Source: Burkholderiaceae bacterium
GTDB taxonomy: Bacteria; Pseudomonadota; Gammaproteobacteria; Burkholderiales; Burkholderiaceae_B
Direction: 5' to 3'
Length of the DNA: 51,848 bases
Assembly (NCBI GenBank): GCA_044338955.1
Contig: JBIIWK010000001.1
Coordinates: 1 to 51,848 of the forward strand
Under the pieces are notes generated by a model. The model saw only the letters and a program-made list of their open reading frames with translations. It did no database searches and was not told the origin of the DNA. Every line of letters begins with the position of its first letter. Within the stretch, counting starts at the first letter, position 1. Made by a program: the position numbers and the translations under genes. Shown piece by piece: positions 31,485 through 40,807 of the stretch.

Positions 31485-31705
31485 CTATCCACAGCGCAAG
31501 TAAATGTGATTTAAGTCTTTGTGAAATAACAAATAATCAATAAACGTGCGGTTATAGGTCAACGCACTTATTTAACCCTATGTTTTTAAAGTAGATTTCA
31601 AAATATGACAAAATGATGATCGTTTTTTGAGCAAACCGCTGAACGCTAGTATTTTCCACGCTCTACAAAGATGCACACAGAATTATCCACAACTACTGTG
31701 GATAG
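31485..31705. promoter_or_regulatory. DnaA-box cluster with a DARS-like three-box core
   Basis: TTATCCACA 31683-31691 (perfect), TGTGGATAG 31697-31705, ATGCACACA 31671-31679, TTTTCCACG 31652-31660 and CTATCCACA 31485-31493, with an AT-rich stretch in between. Confidence 0.75.
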
Positions 31706-31826
31706 TTTTATCCGGCCTAAATCGACTTGCCAAGCACGATCAATGCCTCGTACGATGATACCGCGTGCAGCGATGATGACTACTCAGTCATCGTGTATTC
31801 TGCGCCCTCCACTCGCGAGGTTTGTT

Positions 31827-32423
31827 TTGTTATCGATTGTTACTCAGGCTGGTTGGCCCATCTGGCCCCTTTTAGCGCTTTCTGTAGCGGCGCTCGCCAT
31901 CATCATCGAACGCCTGCTCAGCCTGCAAACACGCAGGATCGCCCCACCCGAACTCACAACGCAGGTACTGCAACTAGTGCGCGCTGAGGCCGACGACGCG
32001 CAGGCACTTGCCAAACTCAAAGCCTCCTCGCCCTTGGGGCGTATTCTGGCGCAGGTGCTGATTCACCGAGACCTACCCGATGACGAACTCAGGCGCAGTG
32101 TCGAGGATGTGGCACAAGATGTCGCTTTCTCGCTTAATCGCTACCTCCCGGGCTTGGCCATGATTGCTACCGTCGCGCCGTTGATGGGGCTGTTTGGTAC
32201 GGTTGTCGGCATGATCGAGATTTTTGCCGCCTATCGCCCGGATGGCTCTGATCCAACCGAGCTCGCGCGCGGGATCTCAATTGCGCTGTACAACACGGGC
32301 TTAGGCATTTTAATTGCGGTACCTTGCCTCATGGCGCACCGCTACTTCAAATCACACGTCGAAGGCCTCTTGCTGCGCCTTGAGCAGTCGGCGCGACGCT
32401 TGCGTGACAGCCTCAGAGACTAA
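31827..32423 (+). CDS. MotA/TolQ/ExbB proton channel protein
   Basis: TTG start at 31827 after GAGG. GWPIWPL, APLMGLFGTVVGMI and GISIALYNT. Confidence 0.9.
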   Translation: MLSIVTQAGWPIWPLLALSVAALAIIIERLLSLQTRRIAPPELTTQVLQLVRAEADDAQALAKLKASSPLGRILAQVLIHRDLPDDELRRSVEDVAQDVAFSLNRYLPGLAMIATVAPLMGLFGTVVGMIEIFAAYRPDGSDPTELARGISIALYNTGLGILIAVPCLMAHRYFKSHVEGLLLRLEQSARRLRDSLRD

Positions 32424-32437
32424 AAGGCCGCTACGCC

Positions 32438-32845
32438 ATGCGCTTTCGCACCCCCGATCACGAGCCCCTTGAAATCAATCTGATTCCGTTGATTGATGTC
32501 TTGCTTGTCATGCTGATTTTTTTGGCGGCCACCACCACCTTCATGCGTCAGCAAGCCCTCAGCATCACGTTGCCCCAGGCGTCCGCTCAGTCCCAGCCGC
32601 TTCAAGCGATCGAACTCAGCATTCACGAGTCAGGGCGCTTTGCCGTTAATGCCGTGCTAATCGAGCGCCCAGATCTCGCCTCGCTGACAAAAGCCTTGCA
32701 ACAAGCGAGCGAGGGGCAACCAGAGCCCACCGTCTTGATACGGGCTGGCGCAAATGCCGCGCATCAGTTAGTTGTCACGGGCATGCAGGCCGCGCGACAG
32801 GCTGGGATTGCGCGCGTCCACTTCGCCACCCAGGCCGCCGAGTGA
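32438..32845 (+). CDS. ExbD/TolR family protein
   Basis: EINLIPLIDVLLVMLIF motif. Confidence 0.9.
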   Translation: MRFRTPDHEPLEINLIPLIDVLLVMLIFLAATTTFMRQQALSITLPQASAQSQPLQAIELSIHESGRFAVNAVLIERPDLASLTKALQQASEGQPEPTVLIRAGANAAHQLVVTGMQAARQAGIARVHFATQAAE

Positions 32846-34044
32846 AAACGGCTAGCCCCGAGGCTCGCATACAGTCGAGCCGACTTCAAGCTGATTTAAA
32901 AACCGTTCGCCTCAAGGCCGCTGCGGCCCGTTGGCTACATCGGCAGTGGCAAACACGTGGGCTATGGGCGCGGTTACTGTGGCCCTTTTCTTGCCTGGTG
33001 CTTGGCTACGTTTGGGCTAAACGCCTTTGGTACCAAAGCAACTCCCATAGGGTTTACCGCGCACCGGTGCCCGTCATCGTTGTGGGCAACTTATATGTGG
33101 GCGGGGTCGGCAAAACACCGGTCGTGATCGCCCTTGTTCAACAACTCTTGGCCATTGGCTTTCGCCCCGGTGTAATTAGCCGTGGCTATGGCGTCAACGT
33201 GGGGCCGACCCCACGCGTTGGACAAGGCAAGGTTGAACCTCAGACGCTGGGTGATGAACCGTCATTAATCAGCGAGCAAACTCACGCTCCAGTCTGTGTG
33301 CATCCAAATCGTCGTCTGGCCTGCCAAGCCTTGTTAGCCGCGCACCCTCAGGTTGATGTCATCGTGTCAGATGATGGCTTGCAGCACCTTGCCCTGGCGC
33401 GTGATCTTGAAATCATCGTGCAAGACCAACGGCAGATCGGTAACGGCTGGCTGCTGCCCGCGGGGCCACTGCGCGAGTCGCCCAGCCGACTTCACACCGT
33501 TGAGCTCGTGATCACCCGCTTGGCGACAGCGCCGCCGCACAGTCCGCCATTGACGCCATTCGACTTAGCTGAAGCTGAAGCTAGACCGCAAGCACCTCGT
33601 TCGCTCAACCACGCGACTGCGGCACGATTCGTGATCAAACAACCGTCTGAGCTGTCAATGTGGCTGCAAATCACGCGCATACATTCGCTGGATAATAAAA
33701 TAAACCTATCCGTCAACGAATTTATAGAATTTCAAAAAAACAAGGTCATAACGGCTATCGCCGCAATAAGTGAACCGGATAGATTTTTTAAAACACTAGA
33801 CGATGCAGGGATCTTGTATCAACATTGCCTGGGGCTGCCCGACCACCATCCTCTTGAGGCGGCTGTGTTCGATGCCCAAATAGCAGATCTGGTTTTAATC
33901 ACCTCAAAGGATGCGGTTAAATGCCAAGCACTGCACGACCCCAGAATATGGGTCGTCGCCACCGAGGCAGTATTTTCTGACGCCTTGTGGGCAACTAATC
34001 TGCTCAAACACCTACCTCAACCTGCAAGATCGCTATCCGAGTGA
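32842..34044 (+). CDS. lpxK: Tetraacyldisaccharide 4'-kinase
   Basis: PVIVVGNLYVGGVGKTP, SRGYG, GDEP, SDDGLQH, LPAGPLRE and TSKDAVK. Confidence 0.92.
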   Translation: MKTASPEARIQSSRLQADLKTVRLKAAAARWLHRQWQTRGLWARLLWPFSCLVLGYVWAKRLWYQSNSHRVYRAPVPVIVVGNLYVGGVGKTPVVIALVQQLLAIGFRPGVISRGYGVNVGPTPRVGQGKVEPQTLGDEPSLISEQTHAPVCVHPNRRLACQALLAAHPQVDVIVSDDGLQHLALARDLEIIVQDQRQIGNGWLLPAGPLRESPSRLHTVELVITRLATAPPHSPPLTPFDLAEAEARPQAPRSLNHATAARFVIKQPSELSMWLQITRIHSLDNKINLSVNEFIEFQKNKVITAIAAISEPDRFFKTLDDAGILYQHCLGLPDHHPLEAAVFDAQIADLVLITSKDAVKCQALHDPRIWVVATEAVFSDALWATNLLKHLPQPARSLSE

Positions 34045-34057
34045 TTACAATGCGGAC

Positions 34058-34297
34058 ATGGAAACACGCTTACTCGATCTGCTGGTATGCCCGCTTTGCA
34101 AAGGCCGGCTCTACGTCAACTCGACCCGTACAGAATTAATCTGCAGGGGCGATCGCTTGGGCTTCCCGGTACGCGACGGGGTACCAGTGATGCTTGAAGA
34201 CCAGGCGCGCAGCTTGAACGCAGACGAAGATATCAGCGCAGCGACGCAACCTGAGCCAAGCGACGATGCTCCGCCCCCTGGCAACCCCTCTCGCTAA
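34058..34297 (+). CDS. Trm112/YcaR family protein
   Basis: ATG 34058 gives [17 protein letters not shown]...[16 protein letters not shown]; lies between lpxK and kdsB. Confidence 0.9.
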   Translation: METRLLDLLVCPLCKGRLYVNSTRTELICRGDRLGFPVRDGVPVMLEDQARSLNADEDISAATQPEPSDDAPPPGNPSR

Positions 34298-34314
34298 GCC
34301 AAGGCAACACTGCC

Positions 34315-35100
34315 GTGAACGACCGAGCCGCTGATTCTCCAGCCCCCTTTATTGTGGTCATCCCGGCGCGTCACGCCTCGACCAGATTGCCTGGCAAAAT
34401 GCTGGCGGATCTAGCGGGTAAGCCGATGGTGCTGCGCGTCGCCGAGCAAGCGCTGGCGTCAAGGGCCACACGCGTTGTCATCGCCACCGACCACCCAGAC
34501 ATTGCGCACGCCGCCCGTGCGGCCGGGGTCGAAACCCTGATGACCAGCGTGGATCATGCCTCAGGAACTGACCGCCTAGCCGAGGTCGCCACACAACTGG
34601 GCCTGCCAAACGAGACGATCGTGGTGAACGTGCAAGGCGACGAACCGCTCATGGATCCGCACCTGATCGATCGCGTCGCGCAACAACTCACCCACGATAC
34701 CGAGGCAGCAATTGCGACTTGTGCGAGCCCGCTCACTGAGGTGGCCAGCTTATTCAACCCCAATGTTGTTAAAGTCGTCTGCGATCAACGCGGCCGTGCG
34801 TTGTATTTTTCACGCGCCCCGATCCCTTGGGATCGAGAAAGATTTAGCACCGAACACCGCTCGCTCGCCGTGGATTTTCCGGCCTTGCATCATATCGGCC
34901 TATACGCCTATCGCGTCGAGTTTTTAAAGCGTTTTCCTGCGCTCAGCGCCGGGGCACTTGAACGCCTTGAAATGCTTGAGCAGTTGCGCGCGCTCGAGCA
35001 TGGCTATGGCATCTCGGTCATGAAAATCGCCTCGCATCCTGGGGCCGGCGTTGACACCCCCGAAGACCTTCTTAGGGTCAGGCAGTTATTGAGCCAATAG
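34315..35100 (+). CDS. kdsB: 3-deoxy-manno-octulosonate cytidylyltransferase
   Basis: [35 protein letters not shown] and LEQLRAL. Confidence 0.96.
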   Translation: MNDRAADSPAPFIVVIPARHASTRLPGKMLADLAGKPMVLRVAEQALASRATRVVIATDHPDIAHAARAAGVETLMTSVDHASGTDRLAEVATQLGLPNETIVVNVQGDEPLMDPHLIDRVAQQLTHDTEAAIATCASPLTEVASLFNPNVVKVVCDQRGRALYFSRAPIPWDRERFSTEHRSLAVDFPALHHIGLYAYRVEFLKRFPALSAGALERLEMLEQLRALEHGYGISVMKIASHPGAGVDTPEDLLRVRQLLSQ

Positions 35101-35201
35101 ACATTCAGCAGACCAACGACAGCGCTTGAGACTGCTCCTTGAGCCTCGCAGGGTAAGCCTTGAACCCAACGCAGGGCATGGTCGGTTACGATGCGGCATA
35201 A

Positions 35202-35894
<693 letters not shown>

Positions 35895-35951
35895 TTTTCA
35901 CAACGTTGCGCCGCGGCGCAGCGTCTGCTTCAATCCGCTCAGAGTCAAATC

Positions 35952-36710
35952 ATGGACATCGCACATAAAGTTTTCATCGTCACAGGTGGCGCCTCAGGTT
36001 TAGGGGCTGGCACAGCCAAAATGCTGACCCAACACGGTGCCCGTGTTGTGCTGGCTGATGTGCAAGACGAGGCTGGCCAAGCCTTGGCGACCGAACTCGG
36101 CCAACATTACATCCACTGCGACGTCACGCAAGAGCAAGATGCGCGCGCCGCGGTCGCGCACGCGCTATCGTTAGGCAAGCTCTTTGGCCTAGTGAATTGC
36201 GCCGGCATTGCGCCTGCAGCACGAACCGTGGGCAAGCAAGGCGCACATCCGCTTGATATGTTTCAAAAAGTGATCAGTATCAATTTGATCGGTACCTTCA
36301 ACATGATTCGTATTGCCGCCGAGGCAATGGGCAAAAACGAACCCGAAGCAACCGGCGAGCGTGGCGTGCTAATTAACACCGCCTCAGTCGCCGCCTACGA
36401 CGGGCAAATAGGTCAAGTGGCTTACGCCGCCTCTAAGGCGGGTGTGGTCGGCATGACCTTACCGATCGCCCGCGATCTGGCCCCCCAAGGGATTCGCTGT
36501 TGCACCATCGCGCCCGGCATCTTCGGCACCCCAATGATGTTTGGCATGCCCCAAGCGGTGCAAGACTCGCTCGCCGCCAGCATCCCTTTTCCGTCAAGAT
36601 TTGGTCGCCCAGAAGACTACGCCAAGCTTGTCCATCAAATTGTGACCAATGAAATGTTGAACGGTGAGACGATTCGCTTAGACGGTGCGATTCGCATGCC
36701 GCCAAAATGA
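35952..36710 (+). CDS. SDR-family 3-hydroxyacyl-CoA dehydrogenase (HSD17B10-like)
   Basis: [18 protein letters not shown] and [12 protein letters not shown]. Confidence 0.88.
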   Translation: MDIAHKVFIVTGGASGLGAGTAKMLTQHGARVVLADVQDEAGQALATELGQHYIHCDVTQEQDARAAVAHALSLGKLFGLVNCAGIAPAARTVGKQGAHPLDMFQKVISINLIGTFNMIRIAAEAMGKNEPEATGERGVLINTASVAAYDGQIGQVAYAASKAGVVGMTLPIARDLAPQGIRCCTIAPGIFGTPMMFGMPQAVQDSLAASIPFPSRFGRPEDYAKLVHQIVTNEMLNGETIRLDGAIRMPPK

Positions 36711-38290
36711 GTTTATTTCGGGCCGCTGCCACAGTCAGCAGCCTCACTCTGTTATCGCGCATCACAGGTTTGGTGCGCGATGTCATGATTGCTCGTGCGT
36801 TTGGGGCCAGCGCACTGACCGATGCGTTTTGGGTAGCCTTCCGTATCCCTAACCTTTTACGCCGCCTGTTCGCCGAGGGTGCCTTCGCGCAAGCCTTCGT
36901 GCCGATCTTAGGTGAGGCACGCAATCAACACGAGCCGCAGGTCGTTCAACAACTTTTAGACAGAGTGGCGCGAACGCTATTTTTGGCGCTGTGCGTCGTA
37001 ACCTTGCTCGGCGTCTTAGGCGCCCCCTTGGTGGTCATGGCCATGGCCAGCGGCTTAACGGAAGCCTCGCGCGCAAGTGACTTCGAAGCGGCCGTCTGGA
37101 TGACCCGGTTAATGTTTCCGTACATTATCTGCATGTCGCTCGTCGCCTTTGCCTCAGGGGTCTTAAATACTTGGCGTCACTTTGCCATCCCAGCGATCAC
37201 GCCCGCGCTGCTGAACCTGTCGATGATTGGCGCAAGCATTTTTTTATCGGGCTTTTTTACGCGTCCTATTTACGCCCTTGCCGCTGGCGTCATGCTAGGT
37301 GGCATGGCACAGTTTGCCGTGCAATGGTGGGCGCTCTCTCGCCTAAACCTGCGCCCCCATTTGTTAGGCCCGGTCAGGCCAGCCCTGCAAGATCCGTTGG
37401 TGCGTCGCGTCATGCGTCAGATGCTACCGGCCACGCTAGGCGTGTCCGTCGCGCAAATTTCCTTGCTGATTAATACAAACATTGCCACCTGGCTAGCTGC
37501 CGGAAGCGTCACTTGGCTGTCTTTTGCCGACCGTCTAATGGAGTTTCCGACAGCACTGATTGGGGTCGCACTCGGCACCGTCTTGCTGCCCAGCCTGACG
37601 CGCGCGCACGCCGACCAAGACACCGAACGCTATAGCGCCCTGCTCGACTGGGGGCTGCGCCTGATGCTGTTGCTAGGTCTACCGGCAGCGCTGTGCATGA
37701 TTATGCTGGCCGACGCGTTGGTGGCCACGCTGTTTCACTATGGTGCGTTTTCGGCGGCTGATGTGCAGCAGACGCGTCTTGCCGTGATGGCCTACTCGGT
37801 TGGCCTGGTCGGCCTGCTCAGCATCAAGATCCTGGCGCCCGGCTTTTACGCCAAACAAGATATCCGCAGCCCTGTAAAAATCGCGATCGCGGTCTTGCTC
37901 TTGACCCAGCTACTGAACCTAGTGTTGGTACCTTGGCTCGCGCATGCGGGGCTGGCCCTCGCCATCGGCTTAGGCGCCTGCGTCAATGCACTGGCGCTAT
38001 TGATCGGCTTGCGTCGCAAAGGTATTTACCAACCCGCAAAGGGCTGGTGGCGTTTTTTAGTGCAACAAGGCCTGGCGCTTGTCGCACTGGCAGGCCTACT
38101 TTGGTGGGTGTCTCGCCATATCGACTGGCTCAGCCTACACACTACACCAGGCGTGCGGATCGCCACCCTTGCAGCAGTCTTTTTGGTGGGCGGCCTGGTC
38201 TATTTGGCCGTTTTAGCGGCTGCCGGTCTTCGCCCTAAGCACTTTAGACGGGCGCCGGCTGTTCATACAGTTGGCAAAACAGAGGCTTAG
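36707..38290 (+). CDS. murJ: Lipid II flippase MurJ
   Basis: [34 protein letters not shown] and multiple TM segments. Confidence 0.95.
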   Translation: MSLFRAAATVSSLTLLSRITGLVRDVMIARAFGASALTDAFWVAFRIPNLLRRLFAEGAFAQAFVPILGEARNQHEPQVVQQLLDRVARTLFLALCVVTLLGVLGAPLVVMAMASGLTEASRASDFEAAVWMTRLMFPYIICMSLVAFASGVLNTWRHFAIPAITPALLNLSMIGASIFLSGFFTRPIYALAAGVMLGGMAQFAVQWWALSRLNLRPHLLGPVRPALQDPLVRRVMRQMLPATLGVSVAQISLLINTNIATWLAAGSVTWLSFADRLMEFPTALIGVALGTVLLPSLTRAHADQDTERYSALLDWGLRLMLLLGLPAALCMIMLADALVATLFHYGAFSAADVQQTRLAVMAYSVGLVGLLSIKILAPGFYAKQDIRSPVKIAIAVLLLTQLLNLVLVPWLAHAGLALAIGLGACVNALALLIGLRRKGIYQPAKGWWRFLVQQGLALVALAGLLWWVSRHIDWLSLHTTPGVRIATLAAVFLVGGLVYLAVLAAAGLRPKHFRRAPAVHTVGKTEA

Positions 38291-38299
38291 TGCTAAAAT
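38271..38299 (+). promoter_or_regulatory. Sigma70 promoter of rpsT, overlapping the murJ 3' end
   Basis: TTGGCA-17 nt-TAAAAT with extended -10 TG, about 45 nt upstream of rpsT. Confidence 0.7.
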
Positions 38300-38343
38300 T
38301 GTGGACTTTGCTGCACCTTTCACTCTTTCAAAGAATTTAGAAC

Positions 38344-38607
38344 ATGGCCAATACCGCCCAAGCCCGCAAACGCGCACGCCAATCTGTTGCGCTGAACAAG
38401 CACAACTCAAGCCTGCGCTCAATGCTGCGTACCGCGATCAAGCGCGTTCGCACCGCGATCGAAACTGGCGACAAGTCAGTTGCTGCTGATATTTTGCAAA
38501 AAGCAACTAGCGTGATTGATCGCGTGGCTGATAAAAATATTATCCACAAAAACAAAGCGGCACGTCATAAAAGCCGTTTGTCTGCTGCCGTTAAAGCACT
38601 GGCCTAA
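38344..38607 (+). CDS. rpsT: 30S ribosomal protein S20
   Basis: [13 protein letters not shown]...[14 protein letters not shown]. Confidence 0.97.
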   Translation: MANTAQARKRARQSVALNKHNSSLRSMLRTAIKRVRTAIETGDKSVAADILQKATSVIDRVADKNIIHKNKAARHKSRLSAAVKALA

Positions 38608-38740
38608 CACCTGCACTGACCGGTCACGTTCTTTAACGTATCGGTTGGCTGCGTTGGTAGTGGTTTCAGTAAAAGCCTGATCAGGTGCGTAAGACCGCTC
38701 TGGTCCGGCCGACAAAATTACGGTAAACGATATGCATATG

Positions 38741-38767
38741 CAGCCCTTCTGGGCTGTTTGGTTTTTC
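38741..38767 (+). terminator. Probable rpsT terminator
   Basis: CAGCCC-TTCT-GGGCTG followed by TTTGGTTTTT. Confidence 0.65.
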
Positions 38768-39058
38768 TACCTTGCCTCAACAAGGCCAAGTGCGTAGTTC
38801 GTACAAACCTAATCTCTTTACATAACAGTAATCTGCCTGTTCTACTGTTGAACTATGTGCAGCTAAGCATAGTGCTTAGCGTCGTGACCGACCCAAACAC
38901 ACAGCAAGACTCACGGCACAATCTCAAACGATAGATAGTTTCGCCCTGATCAACAGGTGGCAAAAATGGACGCGATAGGTACGCCACCAAAGCTAGGAAC
39001 GCTTGCGCGTTCTGCGCTCCACCTTCCCGGCCTGAACGCCGAGGTTTCACGCGCAAAA

Positions 39059-40015
39059 ATGATGACTAAACCGCTGATTTTACAAATTGGATCCTTTAAC
39101 GGCCATGCGCCTGCAGATGGCGAGCTCGCCGAACGCTACGAAGTCCTTGAATACTGGAAGGCCGCCGACAAAGACGCCTTCTTGCGTGAGCATGCGAACC
39201 GCATTGAAGTGGTTGCCACAACGGCTAACTTCGGCTGCACGACTGAAATCATTGCGGCCCTGCCCAAACTGCGGGCTATTTGTACTTGGGGTGTCGGCTA
39301 CGACAAAATCGATCTTGAGAGCGCCGCCGCGCGCAAGATCCAAGTCAGCACGACGCCTGATGTGTTAAACGACTGCGTGGCAGATATCGCCTGGGGCTTG
39401 TTGCTGGCCTGCGCACGCAACATTGGCTGGGGTGATCGCTTCGTACGCGAAAACCACTGGGAAAACAAAACCGGCACGCTACCGCTGGGCGCACGCGTCA
39501 GCGGCAAAAAGCTCGGTATCGTTGGCTTAGGACGTATTGGCGAAGCGATTGCACGCCGTGGCCTGGGTTTTGACATGACGGTCTCGTATCACAACCGCAA
39601 GCCGCGCATCGACGTGCCTTACACCTACCAAGCGTCGTTGCTTGAACTGGCACGCGAAAGTGACTTTTTAGTACTTGCCACGGTGGGTGGCGCGAGCACC
39701 AAGCACTTGGTCAACGAAGAGATTATGCGTGCCCTTGGCCCCTCAGGCCGTCTGATTAATATCGCGCGCGGCTCGGTGATTGACGAGCCCGCGATGGTGC
39801 GCCTGTTAGCCTCTGGCGAACTGGGTGGAGCAGGCCTTGATGTGTTCGAACACGAGCCCAAAGTGCCCGATCAGCTCAAAACGCTTAACAATGTCGTATT
39901 GATGCCACACGTGGCAAGTGCCACACACGAAACTCGCCGCGCCATGACCGACTGCGTACTTGAGAACCTGCACAGCATGTTTACACACGGCAAGCTTGTC
40001 ACGCCACTCCTGTAA
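39059..40015 (+). CDS. D-2-hydroxyacid dehydrogenase (glyoxylate/hydroxypyruvate reductase-like)
   Basis: GVGYD, GIVGLGRIG, NIARG, GLDVFEHEP and PHVAS; start ATG 39059 or 39062. Confidence 0.88.
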   Translation: MMTKPLILQIGSFNGHAPADGELAERYEVLEYWKAADKDAFLREHANRIEVVATTANFGCTTEIIAALPKLRAICTWGVGYDKIDLESAAARKIQVSTTPDVLNDCVADIAWGLLLACARNIGWGDRFVRENHWENKTGTLPLGARVSGKKLGIVGLGRIGEAIARRGLGFDMTVSYHNRKPRIDVPYTYQASLLELARESDFLVLATVGGASTKHLVNEEIMRALGPSGRLINIARGSVIDEPAMVRLLASGELGGAGLDVFEHEPKVPDQLKTLNNVVLMPHVASATHETRRAMTDCVLENLHSMFTHGKLVTPLL

Positions 40016-40113
40016 GGCAAGCTAACTGGCCAGGCGTGCTAACCAGTCGGTAAACATACCCAGACTCAGCACGCTTAGCCAGAGATAGGCCTGACTCAGT
40101 GTTGAATCTCGTT

Positions 40114-40261
40114 GAGGTATCTTGCCGCATGGGGTGTGTCACGCTGCGGGGTATCTTGCCGCATGGGGTGTGTCACGCCGTGGGGTATCTTGCCGCATGG
40201 GGTGTGTCACGCCGTGGGGTATCTTGCCGCATGGGCGATGTGACGCCGTGGGGTATCTTGC
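40114..40261. repeat. 34-bp tandem repeat (4 units plus a partial), each unit able to form a hairpin
   Basis: GGTATCTTG recurs at 40116, 40150, 40184, 40218 and 40252; unit GGGTATCTTGCCGCATGGGGTGTGTCACGCCGTG. Confidence 0.95.
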
Positions 40262-40262
40262 G

Positions 40263-40580
40263 TTAAGTTGCGTGTCGCACTAGGGGATCTTCGGGCAAAT
40301 CAGCTTTCGTTTGAAGCTGATTGTCGTGCGCAAAGTCGTGTACGAACTGCCAAGCAAGAGGCTCAAGATCACGTAGCCGGCCATCTACGACGACGCAGCG
40401 TTTCCCTTCAAGGGTTGAGGGTACTGCGTAAGGCGAATACGAAATGTAACCGCCAAGTGTGCCAGGTGGGCGATAAGGCGCCAGTACACCGGCAAGCCGC
40501 TCAGCCCAGTCGCTGGGCCTAAAGGTACTGCCTGATTCTGTCACACCATATATGACAAAATAACGAACTTCTGCTGTCAT
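40263..40580 (-). CDS. DUF3579 family protein
   Basis: FRPSDWAERL motif; located next to rpsT and arg genes as in other Betaproteobacteria. Confidence 0.8.
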   Translation of the reverse strand: MTAEVRYFVIYGVTESGSTFRPSDWAERLAGVLAPYRPPGTLGGYISYSPYAVPSTLEGKRCVVVDGRLRDLEPLAWQFVHDFAHDNQLQTKADLPEDPLVRHAT

Positions 40581-40807
40581 GCACAACCCGTGTCGCCGAT
40601 TCAGAGCCCGTAAACTTCTGATTCACGCCTCTGTCGCCAAGATTGTATATGATTGATGTTTAGCGCTCGCACGTGCAAAATCGCACAGCAGGCACTTCTT
40701 GAATGTTTTGCGTCCAAACATGCACTTTTGCATGCAAGGATTTTACTGATGTGACTAACGCCCAGACATGCGATCCTGCATCACGGGTATCTTACGGAGC
40801 CCTGGCC

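Noticed and set aside
31480-31710. Chromosomal origin oriC
   Set aside because: No dnaA, dnaN, gidA or parAB nearby, and by eye the + strand looks C/A-rich on both sides (no skew switch). Not formally excluded without a computed GC skew.
31671-31826. N-terminal extension of the ExbB ORF from ATG 31671
   Set aside because: It runs through the DnaA boxes. Family-like sequence begins at TTG 31827, which has a GAGG RBS.
38861-38880. Palindrome GCTAAGCA-TAG-TGCTTAGC upstream of the hydroxyacid dehydrogenase
   Set aside because: A single 8-bp inverted repeat with no recognisable regulator or well-spaced promoter; it could be chance.
40114-40261. CRISPR array (34-bp palindromic repeats)
   Set aside because: Units are head-to-tail with no unique spacers, and there are no cas genes in the window.
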